A stretch of 30,556 bases of DNA from positions 1 to 30,556 of the forward strand of contig JBFRWI010000146.1 of the NCBI GenBank assembly GCA_051439505.1, written 5' to 3'. Origin of the DNA: Hormoscilla sp. Lineage in GTDB: Bacteria; Cyanobacteriota; Cyanobacteriia; Cyanobacteriales; Desertifilaceae. The position numbers were made by a program, and so were the translations under genes. The notes under the pieces are model-generated. The model saw nothing but the letters and a program-made list of their open reading frames with translations. It was not told where the DNA came from and made no database searches. This document shows positions 16,012 through 25,853 of the stretch, piece after piece (position 1 is the first letter of the stretch; each line of letters opens with the position of its first letter).

Positions 16012-17339
16012 TTATCGTATTTTGATACGACTTCATTGATATCCTTGAAACTGGTTGTTAAACCTTTGGGATAATCCACCCGGTTCTCTTCCGCGATAAT
16101 TTTGTACAATGTATCCTTGACGATGTAACCCATCAAATTGATGTCTTCCTGGGTAAATGACAAGGATATCCGCAGGTCACAAGCACAAGAGATAATCTCC
16201 TCTGTTTGTGGTAACTCTGGCATTTCGGCAAAGGAGTATTGCCAGTTCTTGAAATAACGCGCGTTGTCCAGGCGTCCAAAGATTTGGATTTTTACCCCCC
16301 TTTCTGCCGTCCGCTTGACAAATTTATCGATTTGTTCTGCTGTCATATTTAAGAGGGTAAACTGAATGCTGTCTGGCGCTCGTTTTAATCCTTTCAGGGG
16401 CGATGGGATATAAATATTATCCGCAACCGCCAAGATGTTTTCCAATTGCCTGTATTTTTGGTTGTACTCGGCGATTTTTTCAGGCAATGTAGGAATTTGG
16501 GACCTGACGACTGCCGCCGTTAAGTTATTCATCCTCAAGCTGAAATTGGGCACGTGGGGTTTCAGTTCTTCAAACAACTCATCGTCAAAAGGCCGCGAGC
16601 TATGTTTTTTGTACAGCTGCTCGTAAGAACCCGCTGCTAAAATACAATAGGCGGCTACACGATCGTCAGAAGTTGACACCAAACCACCTTCGCCTGAATT
16701 GATTAATTTGTAACTTTGACTGCTGAAACAGGCGATATTGCCATGGTGCCCGACCATCTTGTCTTCACCCATCTGGCGATCGTACCATGTAGCACCCAAG
16801 CTATGGGCGCAGTCCTCGATCAAATATATTCCGGCATCCTCGCAGATTTGGGCGATCGCCTCTACATCCGATATCTGTCCCCGCATGTGAGACAGCATCA
16901 AATATTTTGCATCTGGATTTTCTGTGATTTTCCTCTTCAAGTCCTCTAGATCTAGCAAATATTCCCGATCGCATTCTACATAAACCGGAACTCCTCCTGC
17001 ATGGACGATGCTACTGGGAACTGCTGTGAATGTGAAGGCGTTGGTCAACACCTTGTCTGAGTATTGCACCCCTGCTGCCTTGAGGGCCAAGAACAGCGCA
17101 CTGCCACATGAATTTACTGCTACCGCATATTTATGCCCCGTATACTCGCAGAATTCGCTCTCTAACAAAGCTACCTCTCTTGCCAGTTCCTCTGAACCGA
17201 CCCGGGTATCTGTATCTTCAGCAAACTCTCCATCAAAATTGTACCGGTACAGCCTACCTGTTTTCATCAGTTCCACTGCCCGGGATATCCCCTCTGCTGG
17301 GACTGGATCTGGGGTCTTAAAATATTTGGTAAATTTCAT
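15903..17339 (-). CDS. DegT/DnrJ/EryC1/StrS-family PLP aminotransferase
   Basis: AVAVNSCGSALFLAL, LIEDCAHSLG, CFSSQSYKLINSGEGG (PLP lysine); ATG at 17339 after a purine-rich stretch. Confidence 0.9.
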   Translation of the reverse strand: MKFTKYFKTPDPVPAEGISRAVELMKTGRLYRYNFDGEFAEDTDTRVGSEELAREVALLESEFCEYTGHKYAVAVNSCGSALFLALKAAGVQYSDKVLTNAFTFTAVPSSIVHAGGVPVYVECDREYLLDLEDLKRKITENPDAKYLMLSHMRGQISDVEAIAQICEDAGIYLIEDCAHSLGATWYDRQMGEDKMVGHHGNIACFSSQSYKLINSGEGGLVSTSDDRVAAYCILAAGSYEQLYKKHSSRPFDDELFEELKPHVPNFSLRMNNLTAAVVRSQIPTLPEKIAEYNQKYRQLENILAVADNIYIPSPLKGLKRAPDSIQFTLLNMTAEQIDKFVKRTAERGVKIQIFGRLDNARYFKNWQYSFAEMPELPQTEEIISCACDLRISLSFTQEDINLMGYIVKDTLYKIIAEENRVDYPKGLTTSFKDINEVVSKYDNWYLIMTGNTMTTAGKFCSIIWYTPSHLTCRVPTKY

Positions 17340-17479
17340 TCCTCTTTGTTCCTTCTCGCAAGTTTTTGCCTGTTTAATTCTCAAGGTATATATACTCCGC
17401 TCGGTCAGGACTTGCGTTTTTCACCCACGCGCAATAATCGCTCAACCATTTACATGGAGAGGGTTTGGGATAAAATTTT

Positions 17480-17990
17480 CCCCTGTCAAAAAGCTCAATT
17501 CCTTCCCGTCTTGAGTATATCTCATAGGGCGCCTCCATCACATATGGCCCACCAAGCATGTCATGGAAAGCATTTTCGCCACCCTCCTTTGGGGCTGCGA
17601 TTTTTGCCTGTCGCGAATTCCTCCCTCCTCTGGATGTAACGCCAACTCCGTCATCATATCCCCTGCATCTCTATTTTGTCAAATTTCCATTTTTTCTGAC
17701 TCTAATGAGAAGCGTTTCTCAAATTTTTTTCATCTGACATGGGACGACGAAATCCCTACAGGATAATGCTTTCAGCCCTCTCCCTGATATTACACTTATT
17801 TGAGAAATGCTATATCTGCCTTCTTTAGATCCTCTCATTATCTACTCTACCTTGGCCTCAGTTTGACCATACTTCTATCTCTCGGACTGTTCTTCTGGGG
17901 GGTCTTACCCCTCATCTCCTCATCAGACTCATCTTACTTTCCACTATTTTGGCCTTGGAGATCGCCGGTCTATGATATTTTTTCACCGGT
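17480..17990 (-). mobile_element. Possible heavily degenerate IS4-family transposase remnant
   Basis: Collinear fragments in shifting frames: IIDR (~17970), MSLM, VISG-RG, LIRVRKN, MTELALHP (~17650), YSRREGIE (~17500); many stops. Confidence 0.35.
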
Positions 17991-18083
17991 ATGTATTAAC
18001 TGTATCACCGGTACTAAGAGTGACGAATATCCGGGGCCGGTTGTTTTATCTCGCGTTGGGGACCGGAAACCGGGTTGAACAAC

Positions 18084-18160
18084 TTGTCATTGCGAGGGGG
18101 GAAACCCAAACCGATAATTTAGGGATCGCCGCCGAGATCCCCCCCCTCGCAATGACAAAT
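18084..18160. repeat. Symmetric GTCATTGCGA-Gn-N37-Cn-TCGCAATGAC element, copy C
   Basis: TTGTCATTGCGAGGGGGG and CCCCCCTCGCAATGACAA form an 18-bp perfect stem. Confidence 0.85.
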
Positions 18161-18187
18161 ATATATCCCACCCGCCATGTGCAAAAC

Positions 18188-19288
18188 CTACTTGGTTGAT
18201 GGCAAGGTGACGGTAAATTTAGTACCGCGTCCCTCTTCACTTTCTACTGTAATTTCACCTCCATGTAATTCTACTGCTTGCTTGACAATGGATAGTCCCA
18301 GTCCCGTGCCTTTGATGCTGCCCACATTCCCTGCCCTTTCAAACCGCTGAAATAGTTTTGTTTGGTATTCTGCTGGCATGCCAATTCCTTCATCCTGGAT
18401 CTGGAAACTTATATGTTCTTTCTCACATTCTATATCCAAACTGACATTGCCCCCTTGGGGAGAATACTTAATGGCGTTGGATAGCAAGTTGGCGAGGATG
18501 TGACGCAGCAGCTGTTCGTCCAAATAAATTTGGGGGGGACATTCACTTTTGTGCGTGAATGTGAGGATATGTCCATCCCCTTCTGGGGGTTGGAACTGTT
18601 CTAGTAGGTCCCGGCAAAACCCGATCGCATCCATTGGGACTGGGTCAAATATCAGTTTACCGGACTCTGCCCGACAGAGAGTCAATACCTCCTCCAGCAA
18701 ATTATTCATATTGTTAACGGAGGCTTGAATGCGATGCAAATGTTTTTGTTTCCTTTCTTCCGGCCATTTATGACCAGACTTTTTCAGCATTTCCGCCGAC
18801 ATTTGGATCGCCACTAGGGGGCTGCGTAAATCATGAGATGCGATGGACAGATACCGGGCTTTTTCTTCACTGACTGCTTCTGCTGCTGCCAGAGACTGCC
18901 GCATGACAGCGTCTTTTTTATGCTTGCTCAGTGCTATCTTGATAGTAGCGTGTAATTCCCTTTCTTTATAGGGCTTGAGAATGTAACCGTAAGAACCCGT
19001 ATCCTCCGCTCGCTCTAAGGTTCGATCGTCGGCATAGGCGGTGACGTAGATCACGGGAATGTCATAGCTTTCGTGGATTTTTGCCGCTGTTTCTATGCCA
19101 TCCCAGTCCCCTTTGATGGCGATATCCATCAGGATTAAATCTGGCTGGTTGACAGCAGCACTTTCCAGTGCTGCTTCTCCCGAAGAAACAATGTCAACAA
19201 CTGTATAGTCTAACTTTTTTAGCTTCCGGGACAACCCCTTAGCAATTAATAGTTCGTCTTCGACAATCATAATTTTTGCCGCGCTCAT
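18188..19288 (-). CDS. REC-HisKA-HATPase hybrid kinase / response regulator
   Basis: VEDE, LMDI, ILKPY; H-box ASHDLRSPL; NLLSNAIKYS, DEGIG, GTGLGL; starts 4 bp after the upstream kinase stop. Confidence 0.93.
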   Translation of the reverse strand: MSAAKIMIVEDELLIAKGLSRKLKKLDYTVVDIVSSGEAALESAAVNQPDLILMDIAIKGDWDGIETAAKIHESYDIPVIYVTAYADDRTLERAEDTGSYGYILKPYKERELHATIKIALSKHKKDAVMRQSLAAAEAVSEEKARYLSIASHDLRSPLVAIQMSAEMLKKSGHKWPEERKQKHLHRIQASVNNMNNLLEEVLTLCRAESGKLIFDPVPMDAIGFCRDLLEQFQPPEGDGHILTFTHKSECPPQIYLDEQLLRHILANLLSNAIKYSPQGGNVSLDIECEKEHISFQIQDEGIGMPAEYQTKLFQRFERAGNVGSIKGTGLGLSIVKQAVELHGGEITVESEEGRGTKFTVTLPSTK

Positions 19289-19292
19289 TTTC

Positions 19293-22200
19293 TTAATACC
19301 TCCGTTGATAATTCAGCTCGGAAAATGTTAATTCAAAGCTAGTGCCACCACTCCTTTCTAGGGAAAGATTACCTTCCAGTTGCTCGACAAAAGTGCAGAC
19401 TAATTCCAGTCCTAATGATTCTGTATCCCGCAAGTCGATATTTTCAGGAAATCCAATGCCATTATCCCTGACTTTCAGGATAATTTCTGAGTCCCGCTGA
19501 TGAAACTCTATCCATATTTTACCACTCCTGCCCTCGGGAAAAGCATGCTTAAATATATTTGACACCAATTCGTTGACAATTAATCCACAGGGATGTGCAG
19601 TTTCAATATTCAGCATAATGGGGTCAATATCAAACTCAAACTGAATCCGATCGTCCCAGGCGTTGTAGGATTCGCATAAGTTTTCCACCAAGGTTTCCAG
19701 GTATTCGCCAAAGTCTACCTTATCTAGATCCGGAGAACGATATAATTTTTCGTGAATCAGGGCCATTGAATGAATGCGATGCTGACTATCTTGCAGGATC
19801 TTGAGAGTTTCAGGGTCTTCGGTATAGTCTGATTGAAATTCCAGGAGATTGGCAACTACTAGCAAGTTGTTTTTGACGCGATGGTGAATTTCCTTCAGCA
19901 GTAATTCTTTTTGGTGAAGAGAGGTTTGCAACTGGGCTTCGGCTTGTTTGCGCTCCGTAATATCAATTCCCACTGAGACGGCGGCGGTACACTGTTGGTA
20001 CTTCTGTGCCATAATCAAGTAATGCCTGGTAGCGTCATTAACTTGTAACTCAATTGTAGCTTGGCTAGTAGCTATATTTGGGTCTTGCAGAAACTGACGC
20101 ATAAATTTGGCAAACCCGCGAAGGTTTTCCATAAAGCCGATATCTTGACCGACAAAGGCTTCTGGGATACGGTTAAAAGCAGCAGCCATATGCCGGTTCA
20201 CTCCCAGGTATCGCAGGTCGGAACTCACCCAGGAAACAAACCCAGGTACGGCATCCAAAACCGCTTGCAGCTGCTCTTGGGCCATCCGCCGCTCTAGTTC
20301 CACCCGCCTGGAGGAGGTAATGTCATTTTGCACGCCTAAAAAGTGGGTGAGAGTGCCGTGGTCATTGTAAATTGGTGACATGCTTAACTCGTTCCAGAAC
20401 AGGGTGCCGTCCTTGCGGTAGTTGCGCAAGAGCACCGTGCAGCTTTCTCTGGCTTTTATGGCTGCCCGCAGTCGGTCTAATTCAGTTTGTTCGTGGTCGT
20501 TGCGGCGCAGAAAACGACAGTTTTTGCCCGCTACTTCTGTTGCGGTGTAACCTGTCGTTTGCTCAAAGGCTGGATTTACCGAAATAATGGGCAGGTCGGG
20601 CTGTCTGGCATCGACAATCACTATGCCATTGGTGCTGGCCGCGATCGCCCGTTCGCTGAGTCGCAATCTTTCTTCCACTTTCTTGCGTTCGGTGATGTTG
20701 CGAGAAACTGCGACAATTTCTCGGACTGTTCCCAAGGGGTCGCGGACAGTCTTGCTAGTGGTTTCAAACCAGATATAACTGCCATCCCGACGCCGAATGC
20801 GATAAGCGTTAGTTCTGATATCCGACTGTTCTAGGACCGCATTATGAGTCTGTTGAATGCTTCGGCAATCTTCTGGGTGGAAAAATTCGTAGGCAGAACG
20901 TCCCACCAGTTCGTCCGGTTCGTATCCCAGCAATATCTGGCAGGCGGGGGAAGCGTAGAGGTACATTCCCTCTTTTGTATGTCTGCTGATCATATCCGTA
21001 GAGTTATCTGCCATCAACCTGTAGCGGGCTTCGCTTTGCCGCAATGCTTCGGAAGCTTGCTTGCGATCGCTGATATCTTCGATCGCCTGAATGAAGTAGT
21101 CTGGTTCCCCTGATGGTTTGCGTACTAGGGATACAGTTATATTCGCCCAGAGGTGAGAACCATCTTTACGGATATAACGCTTTTGCCGATCGTACATCTC
21201 TATCTCGCCCCTCTGCAACTGCCTGACAGACTCTTCGTCCGCCTCCCAGTCCCCAGCATGAGTAATCTCGGCAAAGTTTTTGCCCAGCAGTTCTGCCGGG
21301 GAATAGCCTAGCATCTGGCAGAATTTGGCATTAATCTTCATCAATCTTTTGTCTAGCCCCGTCTGCACGATCCCCACTGCTGCTTGTTCAAACATGGCCC
21401 GGAATCTTGCCTCGCTGTCGGAAAGGGCTTCTAGGAGTTGGGCTTGAGATATGGCTACCGCTACCTGATCTGCTAGTTGCTTGAGCAGTTCGGTTTCAAA
21501 ATCCGTCCATTGCCGGGGACCCCGACATTGGTGGGCGATGATTAATCCCCACAGTTCTTCATTCTGCACGATCGGCACGACTAATTTTGCTTTTACACGC
21601 CATTCCGAGAGAAACTGAAGCATGCAAGGATTCATCTCTCTGTATGCTCGATCCACATCTGCGATCGCCCTTACCTTCCCCTGAATATATCGCTGCTTGC
21701 ACTCTAAGGGAAATACTTCTTCTGGGAAACATCTATTGATAATTTTCGGCCATTCTGGTAGCACTTTTTCCGCGATCGCGCATCCTTTGCCGTCGGGAAA
21801 TACCCGGTAAATTAACACCCGATCGCTCTCCAGAATCTTCTGCACTTCCGTTACCGTAGTTTGCAGAATTTCTTCCAGTTGCAAGGACTTGCTAATATGA
21901 AATGCGATTTCGGCAAATAATCGGGACTTCAAATTTTGCCGTTGCAACTGCTCTTCTGCCTGCTGGCGCTCGATCGCCGTGGCTAACACGTTGGCAGCAC
22001 TTTGGATAAAATTAACGTCCTCTTCAATAAAAATCTTCTGTCTACTGCTGTAGACACTCAAGATGCCAAAGCGAGTTTCCTGTCCTTCAATGGCAGCACT
22101 CACGCCGTTGAATGTTTTATGTTTATACCGTTGGGGTTCCTGGGATTGAGGATTGGGAATTGGGAATGTTCGCTTCCCGATCGGCTGGCGATCGATCAGC

Positions 22201-25200
22201 AGATAATGATCTGAGTTTTCCTGCTGGATTGCTAAAGTTAAGAATGACCGCTCGTCAGGCGCTTTTTCTACAACTTGGCAATACTCGGCCTTGAGAACTC
22301 TGGCAACCTGGACTACGACTTGATTAATTAGCGAGTACATGTCACTGCTGGAAAGCGCCAGTTGACCCAGTTCGGCAATAATTGCCTGCTGGCGTTCCCG
22401 CATTTCTATCTCCATTTCCATATGCTGGCGCTCCATTACCTCAATTAACAGTTGGTCGTTCATATCCTGTAATTGGGCCGTGCGCTGCTCTACTAGGGTT
22501 TCTAACTGTTGATTGAGCTGATGTAGTTGGTCTTCTGCCTGTTTCCGAGAGATCGCAATGCCTGCGGACTGAGTTGCCAAAGCAATCAGTTGTAAATGCT
22601 CTTGTGAGGGAACCGATGGTTGGCCTGCATACATGGTAAAGGTGCCTAATACCTCACCCTTAGCAGAAACAATTGGTGTTGACCAACAAGCCCGCAGTCC
22701 GAATTTTAATGCTAACTTCCTCCACTCGGCTGACGGACTCCAATCAATATTACAATTTACCAGCTTAACTGGGTCGGCTGTCAGGTCGGAAACAATAATT
22801 GGTTGGCTTAGAAAAGCAGCAGCAGTACAAGGACCGACATCCAGACCAATCGACATCCCATCTACAGCGCGATTATAATCTTCTGGGAGGGTCGGTGCTG
22901 CTCCGTGACGCCAAGTACCCGACTGATTATCTACTAGCAAAATGGATACTAGCAAGCCAGAAGTATGGGCTTCGATAAAATCGCACAGGTTATTAAGTAT
23001 AGACTGGAGTGATGCTCCTGTAGCCAACATTTCTAGGATCTGCTTTTGTCCCAATAGTAAGCTCTCCGATCGCTTGCGTTCTGTAATATCCTCGGCAATG
23101 CCAGCAATGCGGTAAACCTTTCCTAACTCATTGCGCACGGGGAAGTTCCGCGCCCGCACCCAGCGTACTTCCCCATCAGGTCTTTGAATGCGATATTCCC
23201 CGTCAAAATTTGCTCGACCATCAGTCGAAAGCAATTTCTCTGCAACCTGCACCCGGTCTTCAGGATGAATTGATTCCATCCAAATAGATGAATTTTGGTA
23301 GGATTCTTGGACCGATATTCCCCAAATATGATCGCAGGCAGGGCTGACATAAATGTTCTCACTCAGATCCGCCTCCGCAATGTAGAATACTTCTCGAATG
23401 TTCTCTGCCAGTTGGCGGAACTTCTGTTCGCTTTCTCGGAGGGCTGCTTCTGCAAGCTTGTTCTCGGTGATGTCCCGGGCTACTGCATATATGAGGTTGT
23501 CTTCATAAGGGATAGCTGTCCAAGCGAACCAACGATAAGACCCATCGGAGCACCTATAGCGATTCTCGAAGTTATAGGTATTCATCCCTAATGATAAGTT
23601 TTCAACTTCCCCAAGAGTTGCCTGGACATCTTCAGGATGAATAAAGTCAATAAAGGGTCTGGAAAGCAGTTCGGCTTCTGTATAGCCCAAAGTGGCTTCA
23701 AATTGCGGGTTTATCCGCTTGAAATAGCCATCAATTCCCGCAATACAGAACATATCTATGGAGAGATTGAAAAAGCGGTTTAATTGTTCTTCGGCTTGCT
23801 GACGTTCAACTGCTGTCCCAATGACGTTGGCGATCGCCTGAAGAAAATTAATATCATCTTTGGTGAAGCTGCGATGCTTGGTACTATGGGTACCCAAAAC
23901 CCCAAAGGGTCTTTCTTTCCCTTCAATTATCACGCTCATGCCGCTGACTACGCCATGATTGTGCAGCAGGGACGTACCGCTGAAGCGCGTTTCTATGGCT
24001 AGATCCTCGACTACAACTGGCTCAGCCGATAGCAGGGTGTAGCCCGCCTGGGACTGTCTGCCTGCACTGACTATTGCCTTTCCCACTAAACCTTGGCGCC
24101 AACCTACTCCTGCTCTCAGCTGTAGGGCAGCGTCGTTGGGCAGCAGTTCCAATATTTTGCAGTATTTTACCTCCAAAGTTTGGGCGACTAATGCTGTTGC
24201 TGCTTGCATCAGCCCTTGCAAATCTGTATCCGCCAGGGCTTGCTGACCTAGTTGAGCCACTGCAGACTGCTGGCGGGCTCGCATTACCAGTTCTGCTTCT
24301 ACTAAGGTACGTTCTCTCAGTTCTATTTGTGTACGCTGGTACAGTTCTGATTGTTGGATCCCGATCGCCACTTGTCCTGCCAATTTTGACAGCAAATCTA
24401 TTTCCGACTGCTGCCATTGTCTGGGGCGATCGCATTTCATTGCACTCAGCAGTCCCCATAGCTTGCCACCTTGGACAATGGGCACGAGTAACTTTGCTCT
24501 TATCTGTAGCTGTTCTAACAGCTCTAGATGACATCTTGCCATCCCGGCAGTATAAATATCTTCTACAACCCGCAAGCGACCATTAGTATAGGGTTCGATC
24601 CAGTTAGGGGCAAAGCAGGGGTCGTGAATTACCCTGCCCAATAAAGACAAGCAACCATCCTTGACCGACTCCGCAACTACCACTCCACTCCAGTCCGGAT
24701 AAAACTGATAAATTATCACCCGGTCTGTTTTGAGAAACTGCCGCACCTCCTCTACCGTACTGTTAAGGATATCCTCTAGGTTTAAGCTTTGCCGGATCCG
24801 GTCTTGCATCGCCACTAATATGCGATCGCTCATAAATGCTTGCGACATGATCTCATACTGCTCTTGCAGTTCCCGCGATCGCTGCTGCACCTGCTCTTCT
24901 AATTTTATATTCCTCTCCTGTAGCAGTGCCAGCTTTTCCTCTTCTAGACTGCAAACCTTTTGCTGCAATAGCTCCATCACCTCGTACATTTCCATGGGAT
25001 CGAGGGGTTGCAGCAGATTGGTTTGGGTGACAATGCCCAACATTTCTCCCTGGTTGCCAGTCACCACTAAACGTCGCACCCGATGCTGATGCATTTTTTG
25101 ATTAGCTGTCCAGAGACTATCTGTAGGACTCAGGCAAAATACTGGCTTACTCATCAGAGTTTCGGCCGTAATATGGGCAATGTCCAACTCCAGTATTTGA

Positions 25201-25853
25201 CATTGGAGAATGTCTCGTTCGGTAATTATGCCGATGGGAATGAGCGATTTATCTTCATTCTTTTCGGCGATCGCCACACAGCTTATCTCATGTAGCGCCA
25301 TCAACCTTGCTAAATCCCGTACCGATGTCGAGGCGGGGACGTGAATTACCGATTTATTCATCACCTCTTCTACCGATCGCATCCTAAACATATGCCCTGG
25401 TTGCAGTCTCTCCCGCAGGGTGTCATGGGTAATGAGTCCCTGCAATTGCCCGTCGGCATCCACAACTGGCAGGTGGCGAATTTTTTGCTGCCGCAGCATC
25501 GATAATACTGTAAAAATATCCCGATATTCTGTCTGCTGGATCGTGATAATTTCCCGCGTCATTACCTCGGCAATAGTCAGTCCCGCCAGGTTTTTCCCAG
25601 ACGCCGTGATCCCCACCACATCTCGCTCTGTTAATATCCCTACTAAACAGCCTTCCCTTACTACCAGCAGGCAGCTACTCCGGTGCATTTTTGGTATATT
25701 TAATGAGCGATCGCCCGCACCGGTAGCGGGCCAAACACATTGGCTGCCTAGTTGGTTCATCTGCGCCAGTACCTCTAGCAATGGCCTTGACGGTGCCACT
25801 GTCAGAGGCGCGCTATCGATTATTTCTGCTAAACTTGGTGAATACACAGACAT
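19293..25853 (-). CDS. Giant multi-sensor kinase: 4 CBS, 5 GAF (two CBCR-type), several PAS, one LOV, HisKA_2, HATPase
   Basis: CBS GILTERD / IRHLPVVD; GAF DPCF..CH; GAF FPEEVFP..CMLQFL; LOV GKNCRFLR..NYRKDG..FWN..GVQNDIT; EIHHRVKNNL; NELVSN.FKHAF, DNGIG; ATG at 25853 preferred over TTG at 25874. Confidence 0.93.
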   Translation of the reverse strand: MSVYSPSLAEIIDSAPLTVAPSRPLLEVLAQMNQLGSQCVWPATGAGDRSLNIPKMHRSSCLLVVREGCLVGILTERDVVGITASGKNLAGLTIAEVMTREIITIQQTEYRDIFTVLSMLRQQKIRHLPVVDADGQLQGLITHDTLRERLQPGHMFRMRSVEEVMNKSVIHVPASTSVRDLARLMALHEISCVAIAEKNEDKSLIPIGIITERDILQCQILELDIAHITAETLMSKPVFCLSPTDSLWTANQKMHQHRVRRLVVTGNQGEMLGIVTQTNLLQPLDPMEMYEVMELLQQKVCSLEEEKLALLQERNIKLEEQVQQRSRELQEQYEIMSQAFMSDRILVAMQDRIRQSLNLEDILNSTVEEVRQFLKTDRVIIYQFYPDWSGVVVAESVKDGCLSLLGRVIHDPCFAPNWIEPYTNGRLRVVEDIYTAGMARCHLELLEQLQIRAKLLVPIVQGGKLWGLLSAMKCDRPRQWQQSEIDLLSKLAGQVAIGIQQSELYQRTQIELRERTLVEAELVMRARQQSAVAQLGQQALADTDLQGLMQAATALVAQTLEVKYCKILELLPNDAALQLRAGVGWRQGLVGKAIVSAGRQSQAGYTLLSAEPVVVEDLAIETRFSGTSLLHNHGVVSGMSVIIEGKERPFGVLGTHSTKHRSFTKDDINFLQAIANVIGTAVERQQAEEQLNRFFNLSIDMFCIAGIDGYFKRINPQFEATLGYTEAELLSRPFIDFIHPEDVQATLGEVENLSLGMNTYNFENRYRCSDGSYRWFAWTAIPYEDNLIYAVARDITENKLAEAALRESEQKFRQLAENIREVFYIAEADLSENIYVSPACDHIWGISVQESYQNSSIWMESIHPEDRVQVAEKLLSTDGRANFDGEYRIQRPDGEVRWVRARNFPVRNELGKVYRIAGIAEDITERKRSESLLLGQKQILEMLATGASLQSILNNLCDFIEAHTSGLLVSILLVDNQSGTWRHGAAPTLPEDYNRAVDGMSIGLDVGPCTAAAFLSQPIIVSDLTADPVKLVNCNIDWSPSAEWRKLALKFGLRACWSTPIVSAKGEVLGTFTMYAGQPSVPSQEHLQLIALATQSAGIAISRKQAEDQLHQLNQQLETLVEQRTAQLQDMNDQLLIEVMERQHMEMEIEMRERQQAIIAELGQLALSSSDMYSLINQVVVQVARVLKAEYCQVVEKAPDERSFLTLAIQQENSDHYLLIDRQPIGKRTFPIPNPQSQEPQRYKHKTFNGVSAAIEGQETRFGILSVYSSRQKIFIEEDVNFIQSAANVLATAIERQQAEEQLQRQNLKSRLFAEIAFHISKSLQLEEILQTTVTEVQKILESDRVLIYRVFPDGKGCAIAEKVLPEWPKIINRCFPEEVFPLECKQRYIQGKVRAIADVDRAYREMNPCMLQFLSEWRVKAKLVVPIVQNEELWGLIIAHQCRGPRQWTDFETELLKQLADQVAVAISQAQLLEALSDSEARFRAMFEQAAVGIVQTGLDKRLMKINAKFCQMLGYSPAELLGKNFAEITHAGDWEADEESVRQLQRGEIEMYDRQKRYIRKDGSHLWANITVSLVRKPSGEPDYFIQAIEDISDRKQASEALRQSEARYRLMADNSTDMISRHTKEGMYLYASPACQILLGYEPDELVGRSAYEFFHPEDCRSIQQTHNAVLEQSDIRTNAYRIRRRDGSYIWFETTSKTVRDPLGTVREIVAVSRNITERKKVEERLRLSERAIAASTNGIVIVDARQPDLPIISVNPAFEQTTGYTATEVAGKNCRFLRRNDHEQTELDRLRAAIKARESCTVLLRNYRKDGTLFWNELSMSPIYNDHGTLTHFLGVQNDITSSRRVELERRMAQEQLQAVLDAVPGFVSWVSSDLRYLGVNRHMAAAFNRIPEAFVGQDIGFMENLRGFAKFMRQFLQDPNIATSQATIELQVNDATRHYLIMAQKYQQCTAAVSVGIDITERKQAEAQLQTSLHQKELLLKEIHHRVKNNLLVVANLLEFQSDYTEDPETLKILQDSQHRIHSMALIHEKLYRSPDLDKVDFGEYLETLVENLCESYNAWDDRIQFEFDIDPIMLNIETAHPCGLIVNELVSNIFKHAFPEGRSGKIWIEFHQRDSEIILKVRDNGIGFPENIDLRDTESLGLELVCTFVEQLEGNLSLERSGGTSFELTFSELNYQRRY

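Noticed and set aside
2359..18138. 34-37 nt loops of the G/C-clamped repeats as CRISPR-like acquired spacers
   Set aside because: Copies are dispersed, not arrayed, and the loops share a weak common core, which points to divergence from one ancestor
17346..18240. Several 60-100 aa ORFs including hydrophobic 17800-18078
   Set aside because: No recognisable family, weak starts, and they overlap a probable IS fossil and a repeat
19293..25853. Naming the giant kinase rcaE or ccaS
   Set aside because: Only one GAF is of that type; overall architecture, HisKA_2 class and gene context differ
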